From an uncultured Bifidobacteriaceae bacterium (lineage in GTDB: Bacteria > Verrucomicrobiota > Verrucomicrobiia > Limisphaerales > JADLHS01), in assembly GCA_964574525.1 (NCBI GenBank), contig CAZNOE010000003.1, positions 1-45,893 of the forward strand: 45,893 nt of DNA. The letters are read 5' to 3'. Positions 9,401 to 18,089 of this stretch are shown piece by piece. The notes beneath the pieces are model-generated. The model was not told where the DNA came from, made no database searches, and saw nothing but the letters and a program-made list of their open reading frames with translations. The first letter of the stretch is position 1. Each line of letters opens with the position of its first letter. A program made the translations under genes and the position numbers.

Positions 9401-10493
9401 GCAGCCAGTCGTTGATGAAATAAGCATTGCGATAATTTTCCGGGAACTGCGTCGCGTCATAGAAAATCGTCCCGGTACCGGAGCCGGTGAACACCGGTCC
9501 GCTGATCGGCGCCGTCGGCAAATGGCCTTTGCCCGTCCAGTGGGAACTCCACGCGTGGCTCCACCCGAAATCCGCGCCGTAAAACGGCATGAAAATCCGG
9601 TCGCCGTCGTCCTGGTCGTTGTCGGTGCCGATAAAATTAAGGCCGCTGTCGAACGTGATGTCCCATGGATTCCGGAACCCGCGCGAGACGATCTCGAGGT
9701 TCTTCCCCAGATCGTCGCAGCGCAGCACACCGCCGCTGCGACCCCAGTCATCGCTCGGGTTGTGGTACGCGTGTTCGTATTCGCCTTTCTTGAAAACACG
9801 CGGCTCGGGAAAATCCACCGCGCCAGCCGGCGTGGGCATGCCCCAGATTTCGCGGAATGGTTTTGGCGCGTAACGATCCGGCAGGTTGAGACCTTTGGAA
9901 TTGCCCTTGGACATGTAGAGCTTGCCGTCGGGCGCCCAATTCAAACCGTGCAGCGCATGCTCGATGTTGCCCAGATCGGTGTAAACCAATACGTATTCGT
10001 CCGCCTCGTCGTCACCATCGAGATCGCGCACAATCGTGAGGTCGGGTGAATTAGCCACCCACAGGTCGCGTCCGTGCCAGGCCAGTCCCTGGATACAATT
10101 GAAGCCGGTCGCGAAAACCTTTGTTTTGTCGGCAATGCCGTCGCCATCAGTATCGAGCACGATCATCACGCTGTCGGGGGCCGTGTCGGGCTTGGGATTG
10201 CGGTACTGAGGGCCCATGCCAACGAACATCCGCCCCTTAGCGTCGAAGGCCATCGAGCAAGGGTTTCGCACGATTGGCTCTTTCGCGAACAACTTCACCT
10301 CGAAACCCTGCGCAACCTCCGGCAGATCAACCAACCCGGGCGTGTTGTCGGGTTGGGCGAGAACCGACATGCCGGCTGCGAGGGCGAGTGAGAGAATAGT
10401 CAGCGATTGGCGGAGAGGTTTGGGAGACGAGTGTTTCACGATCTTGTCCATGGTTTTTGGTGGGGAACAATTTGCGAACTTTGTCGTGATCAT
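6423..10493 (-). CDS. Giant secreted fusion: PVC-type membrane-bound dehydrogenase beta-propeller, HEAT-like repeats, beta-sandwich, mono-haem cytochrome c domain, PmoA-like DUF6807 domain
   Basis: 1356-aa ORF. The ATG at 10491-10493 overlaps the TGA of the upstream gene (ATGA). An alternative start is at 10451 (MDKIVKH). It has a signal peptide and propeller loops DTDGDGIADK and DLDGDDEADE. There are helical repeats (LRFEAAQAIW, VRRAALLALLDL). The single CFNCH haem motif has a downstream SPMPSF. The C-terminal DHADLHPGLWLGFGDISGNDYW resembles DUF6807. Confidence 0.85.
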   Translation of the reverse strand: MITTKFANCSPPKTMDKIVKHSSPKPLRQSLTILSLALAAGMSVLAQPDNTPGLVDLPEVAQGFEVKLFAKEPIVRNPCSMAFDAKGRMFVGMGPQYRNPKPDTAPDSVMIVLDTDGDGIADKTKVFATGFNCIQGLAWHGRDLWVANSPDLTIVRDLDGDDEADEYVLVYTDLGNIEHALHGLNWAPDGKLYMSKGNSKGLNLPDRYAPKPFREIWGMPTPAGAVDFPEPRVFKKGEYEHAYHNPSDDWGRSGGVLRCDDLGKNLEIVSRGFRNPWDITFDSGLNFIGTDNDQDDGDRIFMPFYGADFGWSHAWSSHWTGKGHLPTAPISGPVFTGSGTGTIFYDATQFPENYRNAYFINDWLHKKTYVYRPTWDGALLQPENGKWEEFIVGTKALFRPTDIEVGPDGALYSLGWGREYGVQWDANQQMANEGRVFRIASKIAPLIPRSTWYGAKRDKPVAKWTVAELIADLAGPLPVWRVNAQDELVRRGAAVKLELREALLSGKLSEAQETWAAWALGRIAPGDPGVDQYFLTNLYDRHPASLNLRVQSARILGQRAKLGGKPQSLPKAVAELLKHKEPRLRFEAAQAIWQAKQLQFVPALKESAATETDRLTYYTVWHALRDLTSTNDLKASLKHKQDGVRRAALLALLDLRALSQVEVAGLEADADADTRELAKLWLAKTATGGEKPQLRGRPLDGSSPSPSRETTKSESNRGAEQAKDGLIANLRADSKERYRLPSSALKAGAVTYTDRQITFKEVPEAVAGARYVQTANNDAGSSGGSLLKFEARLPVTIYLGHDVRLSARPQWMKVGQPDGFTPTDLVVQSTDTSFRLFRKEFAAGEVVLGGNNDEGREGGCSAYLVLYQPVGMKPLATPTTIAQALTALAKGKPERGEQLFFNGVGLACFNCHRVSDRGNKFGPELTDIGSGNDPNYIVQSILEPNAIIKEGFSGHDVETSDGDYSGTLVEETDFILTLAQASGQPLRIEKSKIKKHTTSRNSPMPSFAELLAPEQVADLAAWLMLQKPGAVTLAARSVGDGKREGRGNGFSSLAAAEASSSGESATVRGDGFAFEPKPDRLIITHRGQPVAHYIWKDEKILRPFFAHLHAPDGVQVSRNFPPIPGKDSTDHADLHPGLWLGFGDISGNDYWRNKAAIQHDRFIEAPAVRDGKLRFATENSVLTKDGKLLCKLINRVTLASRPAGYLLILEASFKSDDSDFAFGDQEEMGFGIRVATSITEKNGGTIRNSAGATTAKATWGKPGEWCDYSGTMDNRLVGATIMPDPKNFRPSWWHNRDYGVFVANSFGRKAMKQGEVSSVEVKKGETFRIRFGALLHSSPVDKPVDLGAAYQDFLAQ

Positions 10494-11578
10494 AGGCGAA
10501 AGAGCGCGCGCGCGTTGTCCTTGAAGATTTTGGTTTCGGCAACTGCTGGAAGTTTAAGACTCTGCAAACCATCGCTGATTATTTTCGGGTCCACCCACGG
10601 ATGGTCGCTGGCAAAGAGCAATCGGTCCGCGCCCATGAAGTCGTAGCCGAACTTCATCGCCAACGGCAGCGGCGACACGATGTCGAGCCAGACCTGCCGC
10701 AGATATTCGCTCGGCGCGCGGGTGAGATATTTGGGGCCGCGCTTGAGCACCTGGGTTTGATGATCGAGCCGGCCGATGATGTAAGGCAACGTGCCGCCAA
10801 GATGCGGGCAGACGAGCTTGAGCTTGGGAAACTCGTCGAGAATGCCGGACATGATAATGCGCGTCAGCGCGATGGTGTTGTCAAACATGTTCCCGAGCGA
10901 ACTAGTCATCTCGTAGCCTTTGACCACGTCCGTGGTTAAAGGCTTGGCCGGGTGAAGCAATATGGGCAGATCGAGTTCCGCTGCGCGCGCGAAGAGCGGA
11001 CGGAATTCCGGTTCGTCAGAGAAACGGCCCGCCAGATTTGTGTAAAGCAGAATGCCCTTCATGCCCAAGCGCTGCACGCAGCGATCCAATTCGGTCAGTG
11101 CGGCTTTCATGTTCTGCAACGGCAGCACACACAGACCGAAGAACCGCGTCGGATGTTTGCGCACGATGCCGGCCACAAAATCGTTGGACATCTGAGCGAC
11201 CGCCGGGCCGTCCTCGCCAAACCATTCCGGGCCGGGGTCGTTGATGCTCAAGGCGGTCAGGGCAATGCCGATGGCGTCCATGGTTGCCAGCTTGGCGTCC
11301 AGGTCCAGGTAAAGCGGCAGTATCTTGCGCAGCCAATCGCCCATCCGCAGATAACGCACGCCCTCCTTCGTGAACACCGCCGGATCGGTCTTGCGCTTTT
11401 CCATGAGCGCGACGAGTTCGGGCGCGAAGAGGTGGCTTTGGCAATCAATCTTGAAAGCGCCACGATCATCTTTCGTGGATTGGGCGGAGGCCTTGCCCTT
11501 GAGGGCGAGCGGCGCTGCGGCGACCGCGGTGCCGGTGGCAGAGAGAAATTTTCTTCGGTTCATGACGACCGGATTCAT
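10490..11578 (-). CDS. Amidohydrolase_2-family metal hydrolase with a twin-arginine signal, possibly a periplasmic lactonase or decarboxylase-type enzyme
   Basis: Trimmed to the ATG at 11576-11578 (alternative at 11563). MNPVVMNRRKFLSATGTAVAAAPLALKGKASA is Tat-like. IDCQSHLF near the mature N-terminus and FASDHPW near the C-terminus are typical amidohydrolase_2 metal ligands. Confidence 0.8.
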   Translation of the reverse strand: MNPVVMNRRKFLSATGTAVAAAPLALKGKASAQSTKDDRGAFKIDCQSHLFAPELVALMEKRKTDPAVFTKEGVRYLRMGDWLRKILPLYLDLDAKLATMDAIGIALTALSINDPGPEWFGEDGPAVAQMSNDFVAGIVRKHPTRFFGLCVLPLQNMKAALTELDRCVQRLGMKGILLYTNLAGRFSDEPEFRPLFARAAELDLPILLHPAKPLTTDVVKGYEMTSSLGNMFDNTIALTRIIMSGILDEFPKLKLVCPHLGGTLPYIIGRLDHQTQVLKRGPKYLTRAPSEYLRQVWLDIVSPLPLAMKFGYDFMGADRLLFASDHPWVDPKIISDGLQSLKLPAVAETKIFKDNARALFRL

Positions 11579-11606
11579 TCGATTGATCAGCGAAGGCTCG
11601 TTGAGT

Positions 11607-12485
11607 TCACTTCTGACGCGCCTTCTGTTCGGGTTGTTCATAGACCCGGATGACGGCGCTGTTGTCGAGTTGGCCGAGCCCGGCCGCCTCCGCGCGCTCA
11701 AGCAGTTCCCGATGCGCTTCGCTCAGGATCAATTTAATGCCCGCTCGCGAAGCCGCCTCCAGCATGAGGCGCACGTCTTTCAAATGTTGTGAGAGCCGGG
11801 CCTGCGGCGCAAAGTCGCCGGCAATCAACTTGGCGCCTTTGACATCTATAGCCCGTGAATAGGCCGGGCTTTCCCGCAAGACCTCGAGCGTCTGCGCGAG
11901 GTCGAGCCCTACAGCCTTGGCCAGCGCCAGTCCTTCGGCGAGCGTGGCGCGATTCAATCCAAGCACGAGGTTGGTCACGAGTTTCATCTTCGCTCCCGCG
12001 CCGCACGGGCCGACGTGAAATGTCTGCCTCGCAAAACAACGAAACAAATCCAGGCATTTATCAAATGCCTCCCTCGGTCCGCCCACCATCACCGTCACGT
12101 CACCTGCGGCGACCTGGGCGCTGTTGCCAGAGATGGTCGCGTCGAGATAGCTGACGCCGCGTTTGGCCAATTCGCGTCCGACCGCCTCGGTCTGCTCTGG
12201 GTCGCCGGTCGAGGTGTCAATAATGATTTGCCCTTCGCGGAATCCCGCTTCCGCACCGTGCAACACCTGGCTGACCACATCCAGGTTTGGCAAACTGAGC
12301 AAGACCCGCCCTTGACCGGCCACTACTTCCGTCGAGTCGCCCGCCGCGTGGCCGCTCAGCATGGCGAGCGCCGCGCCTTGGGCGGCGTCAATGTCATAAC
12401 CGGTGACCCCGAAGCCGGCGCGCATGAGACGTCCAGCCAAGGCGCTGCCCATCAAGCCGAGGCCGATGAGTCCAACGGTTTCCAT
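11607..12485 (-). CDS. NAD(P)-dependent oxidoreductase, 3-hydroxyisobutyrate / 6-phosphogluconate dehydrogenase-like (HIBADH family)
   Basis: Trimmed to the ATG at 12483-12485. METVGLIGLGLMGSALAGRLMRAGFGVTGYDID is an N-terminal Rossmann GxGxxG motif. The downstream GDVTVMVGG and all-helical C-terminal half fit HIBADH. Confidence 0.8.
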   Translation of the reverse strand: METVGLIGLGLMGSALAGRLMRAGFGVTGYDIDAAQGAALAMLSGHAAGDSTEVVAGQGRVLLSLPNLDVVSQVLHGAEAGFREGQIIIDTSTGDPEQTEAVGRELAKRGVSYLDATISGNSAQVAAGDVTVMVGGPREAFDKCLDLFRCFARQTFHVGPCGAGAKMKLVTNLVLGLNRATLAEGLALAKAVGLDLAQTLEVLRESPAYSRAIDVKGAKLIAGDFAPQARLSQHLKDVRLMLEAASRAGIKLILSEAHRELLERAEAAGLGQLDNSAVIRVYEQPEQKARQK

Positions 12486-12553
12486 CACCCCGGCGCGAGG
12501 CGAAGTTGTTTCGGAATTCGGGAGTGTGCTGATCACTCAATCAAATGACGCAG

Positions 12554-13852
12554 TCAACCCTGGTAAGCAAGCTCATACCCTTTGCGATAGGTCCGCCGGA
12601 GGAGCGCATTGGCTTCGGATTCGCGCCCGCCACATTTGGTGATTTTGGCGGAGTTCGGATTGTACTCCAACCGCTGACCGCCCAGACGCGTGCCGATGTT
12701 TCCAAGGTGGCAAAGGTTGGTCGAGATGGCGCCAATTTCAATGGGAGCATCCAGTTTCGATGGGTCGTTGGCCCGCACCGCGGCGATAAAGTTTTCCATG
12801 ATGCCGGTGTCGCTGCCGCCTTCGATTTTCTTTGGCGTGCCGTCCTTAAGCGTCACGGTGGGACCGCCGCGCCCGATGTCCATTCGCCCGTCTGTTCCGT
12901 AGAACACGTTGCCATTTCCATGGCCGTCCATGTTGTACGGCGTGAAGAGGCGCATTTCGTAGATGATCTGGTACTTGTCATATTCGTAAATGACCGTCTG
13001 GGTGTCGGGCGTTTCATGGTCGTCATCGTAGAAGAGCTGGCCGCCGGAGCAGACGATGCTCTTGGGGTAACCCGCATCCATGCCCCACAAGGAAACATCA
13101 AATTGATGGACGCCATCGTTGACAATGTCGCCGCCGCCGTAATCCCAAAACCAATGCCAGTTGTAGTGCCAACGGTTCTTGGTGAACGGATGCAACGGCG
13201 CCGGACCGAGCCACAAATCGTAGTTCACTCCCGGCGGCGGATCGCCGACGGGCGCGCGGCCAATGGGGCCGCGCCTTTGGTGGTTGATGGCTTTGGCGAC
13301 CAGGACTTTTCCGATGACGCCATCGCGCAACGCCTGCACCGCGGCCTTGATTTGTCCCGAGCTGCGCCGCTGGGTGCCGTGTTGGACGCATTTCTTGTAT
13401 TGCTTCGCTGCCTTCACCAGCAGGTTGGCTTCATGCACGTTGTGGCTGCAGGGCTTCTCGACATAAACGTGCTTGCCCGCGACGATGGCCGCCAGCGCAA
13501 CCGGCGTATGCCAGTGATCGCAAGTGGCGATGCTGATCGTGTCAATGGATTTGTCCTCGAGCAATTTTCGGTAATCGTCGTACTTCTTGACGCGCTCGGC
13601 ATTCGGCAGCGCCGCGGCGGACTTGGCGGCCCGTTCCGGATCCACGTCGCACACCGCCACGACTTCGCAGCCCGGCATTTTGGCGAAGGAGGAAACATGG
13701 CCGCCGCCACGACCGCCGGTGCCGATGACGGCGTGACGGATGAGCGCGTTGGGAGAATCCTGTCCCCACGCGGGGAGAATTTGAAACGAAGCGGCGGCGG
13801 CCACGGTGGCGCCCGCTGTTTTCACGAAATCCCGTCTGGTCCAGTTATTCAT
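12554..13852 (-). CDS. Gfo/Idh/MocA-family oxidoreductase with a twin-arginine signal (periplasmic)
   Basis: The ORF's first codon is TTG, so I trimmed to the ATG at 13850-13852. MNNWTRRDFVKTAGATVAAAASF is a Tat motif. Also present are the IGTGGRGGGH Rossmann motif and the YVEKP motif. Confidence 0.9.
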   Translation of the reverse strand: MNNWTRRDFVKTAGATVAAAASFQILPAWGQDSPNALIRHAVIGTGGRGGGHVSSFAKMPGCEVVAVCDVDPERAAKSAAALPNAERVKKYDDYRKLLEDKSIDTISIATCDHWHTPVALAAIVAGKHVYVEKPCSHNVHEANLLVKAAKQYKKCVQHGTQRRSSGQIKAAVQALRDGVIGKVLVAKAINHQRRGPIGRAPVGDPPPGVNYDLWLGPAPLHPFTKNRWHYNWHWFWDYGGGDIVNDGVHQFDVSLWGMDAGYPKSIVCSGGQLFYDDDHETPDTQTVIYEYDKYQIIYEMRLFTPYNMDGHGNGNVFYGTDGRMDIGRGGPTVTLKDGTPKKIEGGSDTGIMENFIAAVRANDPSKLDAPIEIGAISTNLCHLGNIGTRLGGQRLEYNPNSAKITKCGGRESEANALLRRTYRKGYELAYQG

Positions 13853-14067
13853 AATCAAGGCCTTTCATTCAGTTTCTTTTTGCGCAAGGATCGCGCTCGA
13901 CCGCAGGTTCACCAGGGCGCGTTTTATCAAAAGACTAAGGCGTCAACTTTGAATTGGGGATGCTAAAAGCGCCAAATCACTTGTCGAAAATGAAAGCGCA
14001 CAGGTCGCGCCCGGGATGATTTTTGAACGGAGTCCTGGCGTGGGGGCCTGCTCACCAGCCGGTTTCG

Positions 14068-15109
14068 TCACTGACGAGTTTCTCGATCGGGGAACATTTT
14101 TCCGGGCCATTGCCAATTCTTCAGATCGTCACTCCACGCCAACCCGAGGCTCGCAAAATTGTCGAAGCCGCCGCGCGCATCCTTCTCGGGAAACTCCGAG
14201 CCGTGGAAGAACATGATTGCCTTGCCCAGGCCCGGAGCATTGCGCAGATCGAGAACAAAGCCCGCCGTCAAACGTCCCTGCGCCCAGGGCCAATCCGCCT
14301 GGCCAAGCGTGAGCAAGCCGTCGTCGCGCCAGTCGCGGAGGTCGCGCGAACGCTTGATCCCGATACCGTTGTGCGGTGAGTGGAACAGCACGTACTCGCC
14401 GTTTTCGACGAGCACGCACGGGTTCTCGCCACTGGGGATGCGGTTGAAGTAGGTCCATGTTTTGAGGTCGTCGGAGCAGGACATGTTCGCGGCGTTGTCG
14501 TCGAAAAAACACCACCACTTGCCGGGCTTGTCCTTGTCCTCGACCAAAATAAGGATCAATCAGCCGCCCCATCTTTTCCACCGGCACTTCCGGGCCTTTG
14601 ACCATCAGCCGCTCGGGCGGCCCCCAGTTCTCGAGGTCGTTACTTCGCATGATCCAGACGCGGCAATCTCTGTTGCCGTACTTTTCGCCTTTCGGACGCG
14701 GGTAGGTTTGCAGACAAAGCACCCACTGATCGCGGAAGCGAATGATGTTGCCCGGAGCGCAGAAGTTCAGGCCGTGATCGCGCGGCGTGAAGATTCTCGG
14801 CTCCGTCCAGTGAGCTAAGTTGGCGCTCTTGCTCCAGGCGGTGTAGGAAAAGATTTTCCCGTCAGGTTCTGTCTTCACGAGAGTGAAATATAGATGGAAC
14901 TCCCCCTTGTGATAGACCGCCGCGGGATCGCGATAGGCCGTCACCGCGTCGCCTTTGAACAGGATGGGCGAGGTGAACGCTCCAAAGTTGATGGTGGCAC
15001 CGTTGGTTGCCAGCGGGCTCGCGGGGCCGGTGGTCTGCGCACTCGCCGGTACGATCATCGTGAAATGCAAGGCGCAGATTATTTGGAGGATGCATTTTGT
15101 TTTACTCAT
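14068..15109 (-). pseudogene. GH43-like (clan GH-F five-bladed propeller) glycosidase, copy 1, interrupted by a 1-nt frameshift
   Basis: Two ORFs, 14129..15271 and 14068..14559, join into one protein if one A is removed from the A-run at 14546-14549. The paralogue reads tat ctg gtc gaa where this copy reads tat ttt ggt cga. Motifs YRDPAAVYHKGEFHLYFT, GRLIDPY|LVEDKD and SGENPCVLVENGEYVLFHS match the GH43 Asp/Asp/Glu triad context. The ATG at 15107-15109 overlaps the upstream stop (ATGA). Confidence 0.75.
14509..14986 (-). repeat. Segmental duplication, copy A (core of the GH43-like gene)
   Basis: About 478 bp aligns colinearly with 19118-19594. The offset is 4608-4609. Identity is roughly 85-90% counted by eye on sampled stretches. 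Confidence 0.85.
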
Positions 15110-17523
15110 GGACTCGCCGGGGTTGGCGTCGTGAACTGCAACGCGTAGAGTTTCGTGCCCCGCAGGTTGAAGATCAATTGTACGGTCCGGCCGGCCAAAG
15201 CCGAGACATCCTTGCCTTGCCGCAGCCATTCCACCTCGTATTCGACGGCGTTGCCGTTGATGTAAATGCAATCCTCGGTGGAGAACCCCCGAATCGGCTG
15301 GCCGGCTTCATCCAGGAACCCGACTTGCGCGTACCCGGTCGCGCCCGTGTTGATGTTCAGCTTGAACCGGCTGCCTTGGAACCGGAAGGGTCGGCTAACC
15401 AACTGACCTCCGGTGTACGGCGTATCGGCTGAGACGAAGCCGTCGAGCCGCTGCTGCACTCGATATAGATCCCAGCGGGCATCGCTCTTTGCCTTCGAGC
15501 CGTGGTAATCCGCCTTCCCGAGGAAATATTGCCAGAGCTCTTGTCCGCGGCGCACCAGGTTATAAGTCGTGTAGATCATCTTGAGATCCTGTCCGTCGTG
15601 TTGACCGATCCCGATATAGGCTGGCCGGCGCAGGCGTTTCCAGTTCAACCCGTCGCGACTGACGGCGAGCTGGCACTCGGTGGGGCCATCGCCGCGGAGC
15701 GGCCCCAGGGCGGCGCGCGCCTCAGGCCCCTGATAGTGAAAGAACACCGTCGGGAACGCGACATAAGTGTCCGGAGCCCACGGATACTTGATGGCCTTGG
15801 GCACGTAGATGTCGGTTCCTGGTGGGTCCAACTTGGCATCGGGCGCAAAGGCGAGCGGGTATTCGACACCGAGGCCGCCGGGCGAGAGGGGACCATTGTC
15901 CAAATACCACGGGTCCAATTTTTCGTTCTGGATGGGCAGGGTGCGGGCGATCTCGCGCGTGCGCTGTGGCGATACTGGCTGGAAGGGCCAGGGCTGCATC
16001 AGGTCTTTGATCTCAATCAGCATGAACATGCGGCGGGTTCCCCCGAATGCATCCAGGCCATAATCGCTCCGGTGATGGCCCACATACACCTGGCGCTGGT
16101 CGTCGTAGAAAATCGTGGACTGTGACCCAGCGGCCATCGGGATCACGGTCGCTTCGCTCCGGGTGAACTGCCAGCCGTCGGCCGAGTAATAGAGGTAAAT
16201 GGTCTGGCCGCGGCGGCCGCTCACGTATTTCCAGCGCTCGGCAGGCGGGGCATTGGGATCCAGGAAGACGCTGCCCCAGCCGACGCCATCGCGAATGACC
16301 ACATTGCGCAAGCCCTTAAACTCGCCCCGACCCAGGTCGGGTTGCTCCCAGTTCAAACCGTCGCGAGAGGTTAACACCGCCAGGCTGTCGTCGGGGCCCT
16401 GGCAGTAGATACGCAGCAACCCGTTCTCATCTTCGACGATGCTCGTATGCCCGCTGACATTTTCACGAACCCGGTGTGACGTCGAGGGCGGATTGACCTG
16501 GAATGTCACGTTTTCGGAGCGCGCCACCAAGGCGTCGTCGATGAACAGATGTTTACGCGAGCCGAGTTCCAGCACCCTGGCCTGGCCGGCTTTCGCGGAG
16601 AAGAGCAGGGGCGGACCGGCTTGGAGTGCCATCTCGGGGCGCTTCGTATTCCAAGTCCGGGAAAAGCTGGCCGGCGGGGTGAATGGTCCCGTGTAAACGA
16701 GGCCCGTGGAAAACCGAAGTTCGTCCAGACGCCCCGTCAACGGCCGGCCCCACAATCCGTCCCGCCCAATGGAGAGATAGGCCTCGTCGCCGTGTTCAAG
16801 CGCCTTGATTTGAGCCGGGGCCGGCAGAGTCTGTAACGCGCCGTCCACGTAGTGGCGCAGTTGACCGCCGCCCGCAGCATAAACAAAAGCGAAGTGATGC
16901 CATTGATTCGACTGCAAGCCCGCTGGGTCGGTCGGAATGACGAGTGTCGTACCTGATGCCTGATTGAGGAAGGTGAAGGCAGCCTCGCCCGGCCTAAGGC
17001 TCAAACGGGTCACGTGGTCGTTCTCTCCCCGCGGCCCTGCCCCAAGCTCAAACAACACCCCTTCGCCCGTTGCTCCACTCGGAGTGGCCAGCCAGAACTC
17101 GACCGTCCAGTCAAAAGCCCCCAGGTTCAGCCGCGTATCCGACGCATTGGCGAACTCCATGTGTCGCAAGTGCCTTTCGCCGCTCGTCAGCAGCGCGGCA
17201 AAGTTCGCCGTCTCCCAAGTCAACGGCTCGACGGTCCGACCAGGCTGCCTTGGCGTTGGCTTCAGGCCAAAGAGCGCACTCCCACCCCGGAGCGTGAGCG
17301 GCAACGGCGTCGAAGGCTGGAGCGCCTGGCCGAATTTCCCCTCGACAATTTGTGCCCCTCGCCCGAGCACTATCGTGTAGTCATTGGGACCATTGTCCCC
17401 CAAGGTGGTGCTGGGATAGACGCCGGCTGGTTCGTCGAACATCCACAAGGCCACGGTCTCGGCGCGGCTTGGCATTGCCAGGCAGAGACCCGCAATCGAA
17501 AGGACACATCGAAGGATATGCAT
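15106..17523 (-). CDS. Secreted LamG (concanavalin-A-like lectin) domain protein fused to a propeller-like putative glycosidase and a C-terminal jelly-roll
   Basis: ATG at 17521-17523 with signal peptide MHILRCVLSIAGLCLAMPSRAE. The LamG-type pattern is FDWTVEFWL...WHHFAFVY...LSIGRD...GRLDELRF. The C-terminal 500 aa contain repeated SRDGLNW-type strands. Confidence 0.7.
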   Translation of the reverse strand: MHILRCVLSIAGLCLAMPSRAETVALWMFDEPAGVYPSTTLGDNGPNDYTIVLGRGAQIVEGKFGQALQPSTPLPLTLRGGSALFGLKPTPRQPGRTVEPLTWETANFAALLTSGERHLRHMEFANASDTRLNLGAFDWTVEFWLATPSGATGEGVLFELGAGPRGENDHVTRLSLRPGEAAFTFLNQASGTTLVIPTDPAGLQSNQWHHFAFVYAAGGGQLRHYVDGALQTLPAPAQIKALEHGDEAYLSIGRDGLWGRPLTGRLDELRFSTGLVYTGPFTPPASFSRTWNTKRPEMALQAGPPLLFSAKAGQARVLELGSRKHLFIDDALVARSENVTFQVNPPSTSHRVRENVSGHTSIVEDENGLLRIYCQGPDDSLAVLTSRDGLNWEQPDLGRGEFKGLRNVVIRDGVGWGSVFLDPNAPPAERWKYVSGRRGQTIYLYYSADGWQFTRSEATVIPMAAGSQSTIFYDDQRQVYVGHHRSDYGLDAFGGTRRMFMLIEIKDLMQPWPFQPVSPQRTREIARTLPIQNEKLDPWYLDNGPLSPGGLGVEYPLAFAPDAKLDPPGTDIYVPKAIKYPWAPDTYVAFPTVFFHYQGPEARAALGPLRGDGPTECQLAVSRDGLNWKRLRRPAYIGIGQHDGQDLKMIYTTYNLVRRGQELWQYFLGKADYHGSKAKSDARWDLYRVQQRLDGFVSADTPYTGGQLVSRPFRFQGSRFKLNINTGATGYAQVGFLDEAGQPIRGFSTEDCIYINGNAVEYEVEWLRQGKDVSALAGRTVQLIFNLRGTKLYALQFTTPTPASP

Positions 17524-17624
17524 AGGTACTGTTCTTTACGGCCGGGGTAAACTCGCTCGACAAGCTCCAAGGCGCTGGTCACGGACAATTCCAGCCACAA
17601 CGGTTAGAGGAAAGAACGGCACGC

Positions 17625-18044
17625 TCAAGGCCGCACTCCGGCCCGGTAAAGCTGATTGGCCAAGGCGGCCTGGGCTTGATAAAAATCTTTGTTGTTCAGG
17701 GTTGGGTTTTGCTGCGCCGCCCGGTGTACTTGCAGGAACACCTGATGCACAGCCTTGACCTGTTCTTTGGAGAGGTTGCCTTGCCCAACGACGGTGGCCA
17801 GCGGCTGCATCGCTTGAATGTACTGGGTGCGCCGGGCCCCAATATCCGCGCTGGCCGCCGCTGCATTAATGGCGGCAGCCGCCTGCGCCACGGCCTGTTG
17901 CGCCTGCGGTTCGGCCCCTTTGAAATTTCTCCGCAGCTCCTGGGTAACTTGAACCGTACTGGCCTGTTTCTTACCGCAACCGGTGCTGGCGAGCATGGCC
18001 GCCACCGCTGCGCTTACCAGAATCATCTTCAACAAAAATCGCAT
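17625..18044 (-). CDS. Small alpha-helical lipoprotein, paralogue 3 of 3
   Basis: Trimmed to the ATG at 18042-18044. MRFLLKMILVSAAVAAMLASTGC is a signal peptide plus lipobox. It lies 45 nt downstream of prepilin-like copy 3. The tail is AAQQNPTLNNKDFY. Confidence 0.6.
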   Translation of the reverse strand: MRFLLKMILVSAAVAAMLASTGCGKKQASTVQVTQELRRNFKGAEPQAQQAVAQAAAAINAAAASADIGARRTQYIQAMQPLATVVGQGNLSKEQVKAVHQVFLQVHRAAQQNPTLNNKDFYQAQAALANQLYRAGVRP

Positions 18045-18089
18045 GATATCTATTAGCTTTGCCGCCGTTCGTCCAAAATTCAATTCGCG

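Noticed and set aside
14546-14549. Programmed ribosomal frameshift in GH43-like copy 1.
   Set aside because: No slippery heptamer or downstream structure is evident. The site is a simple A4 (T4) homopolymer where the paralogue has three bases. A sequencing error or a pseudogenising indel is the simpler explanation.
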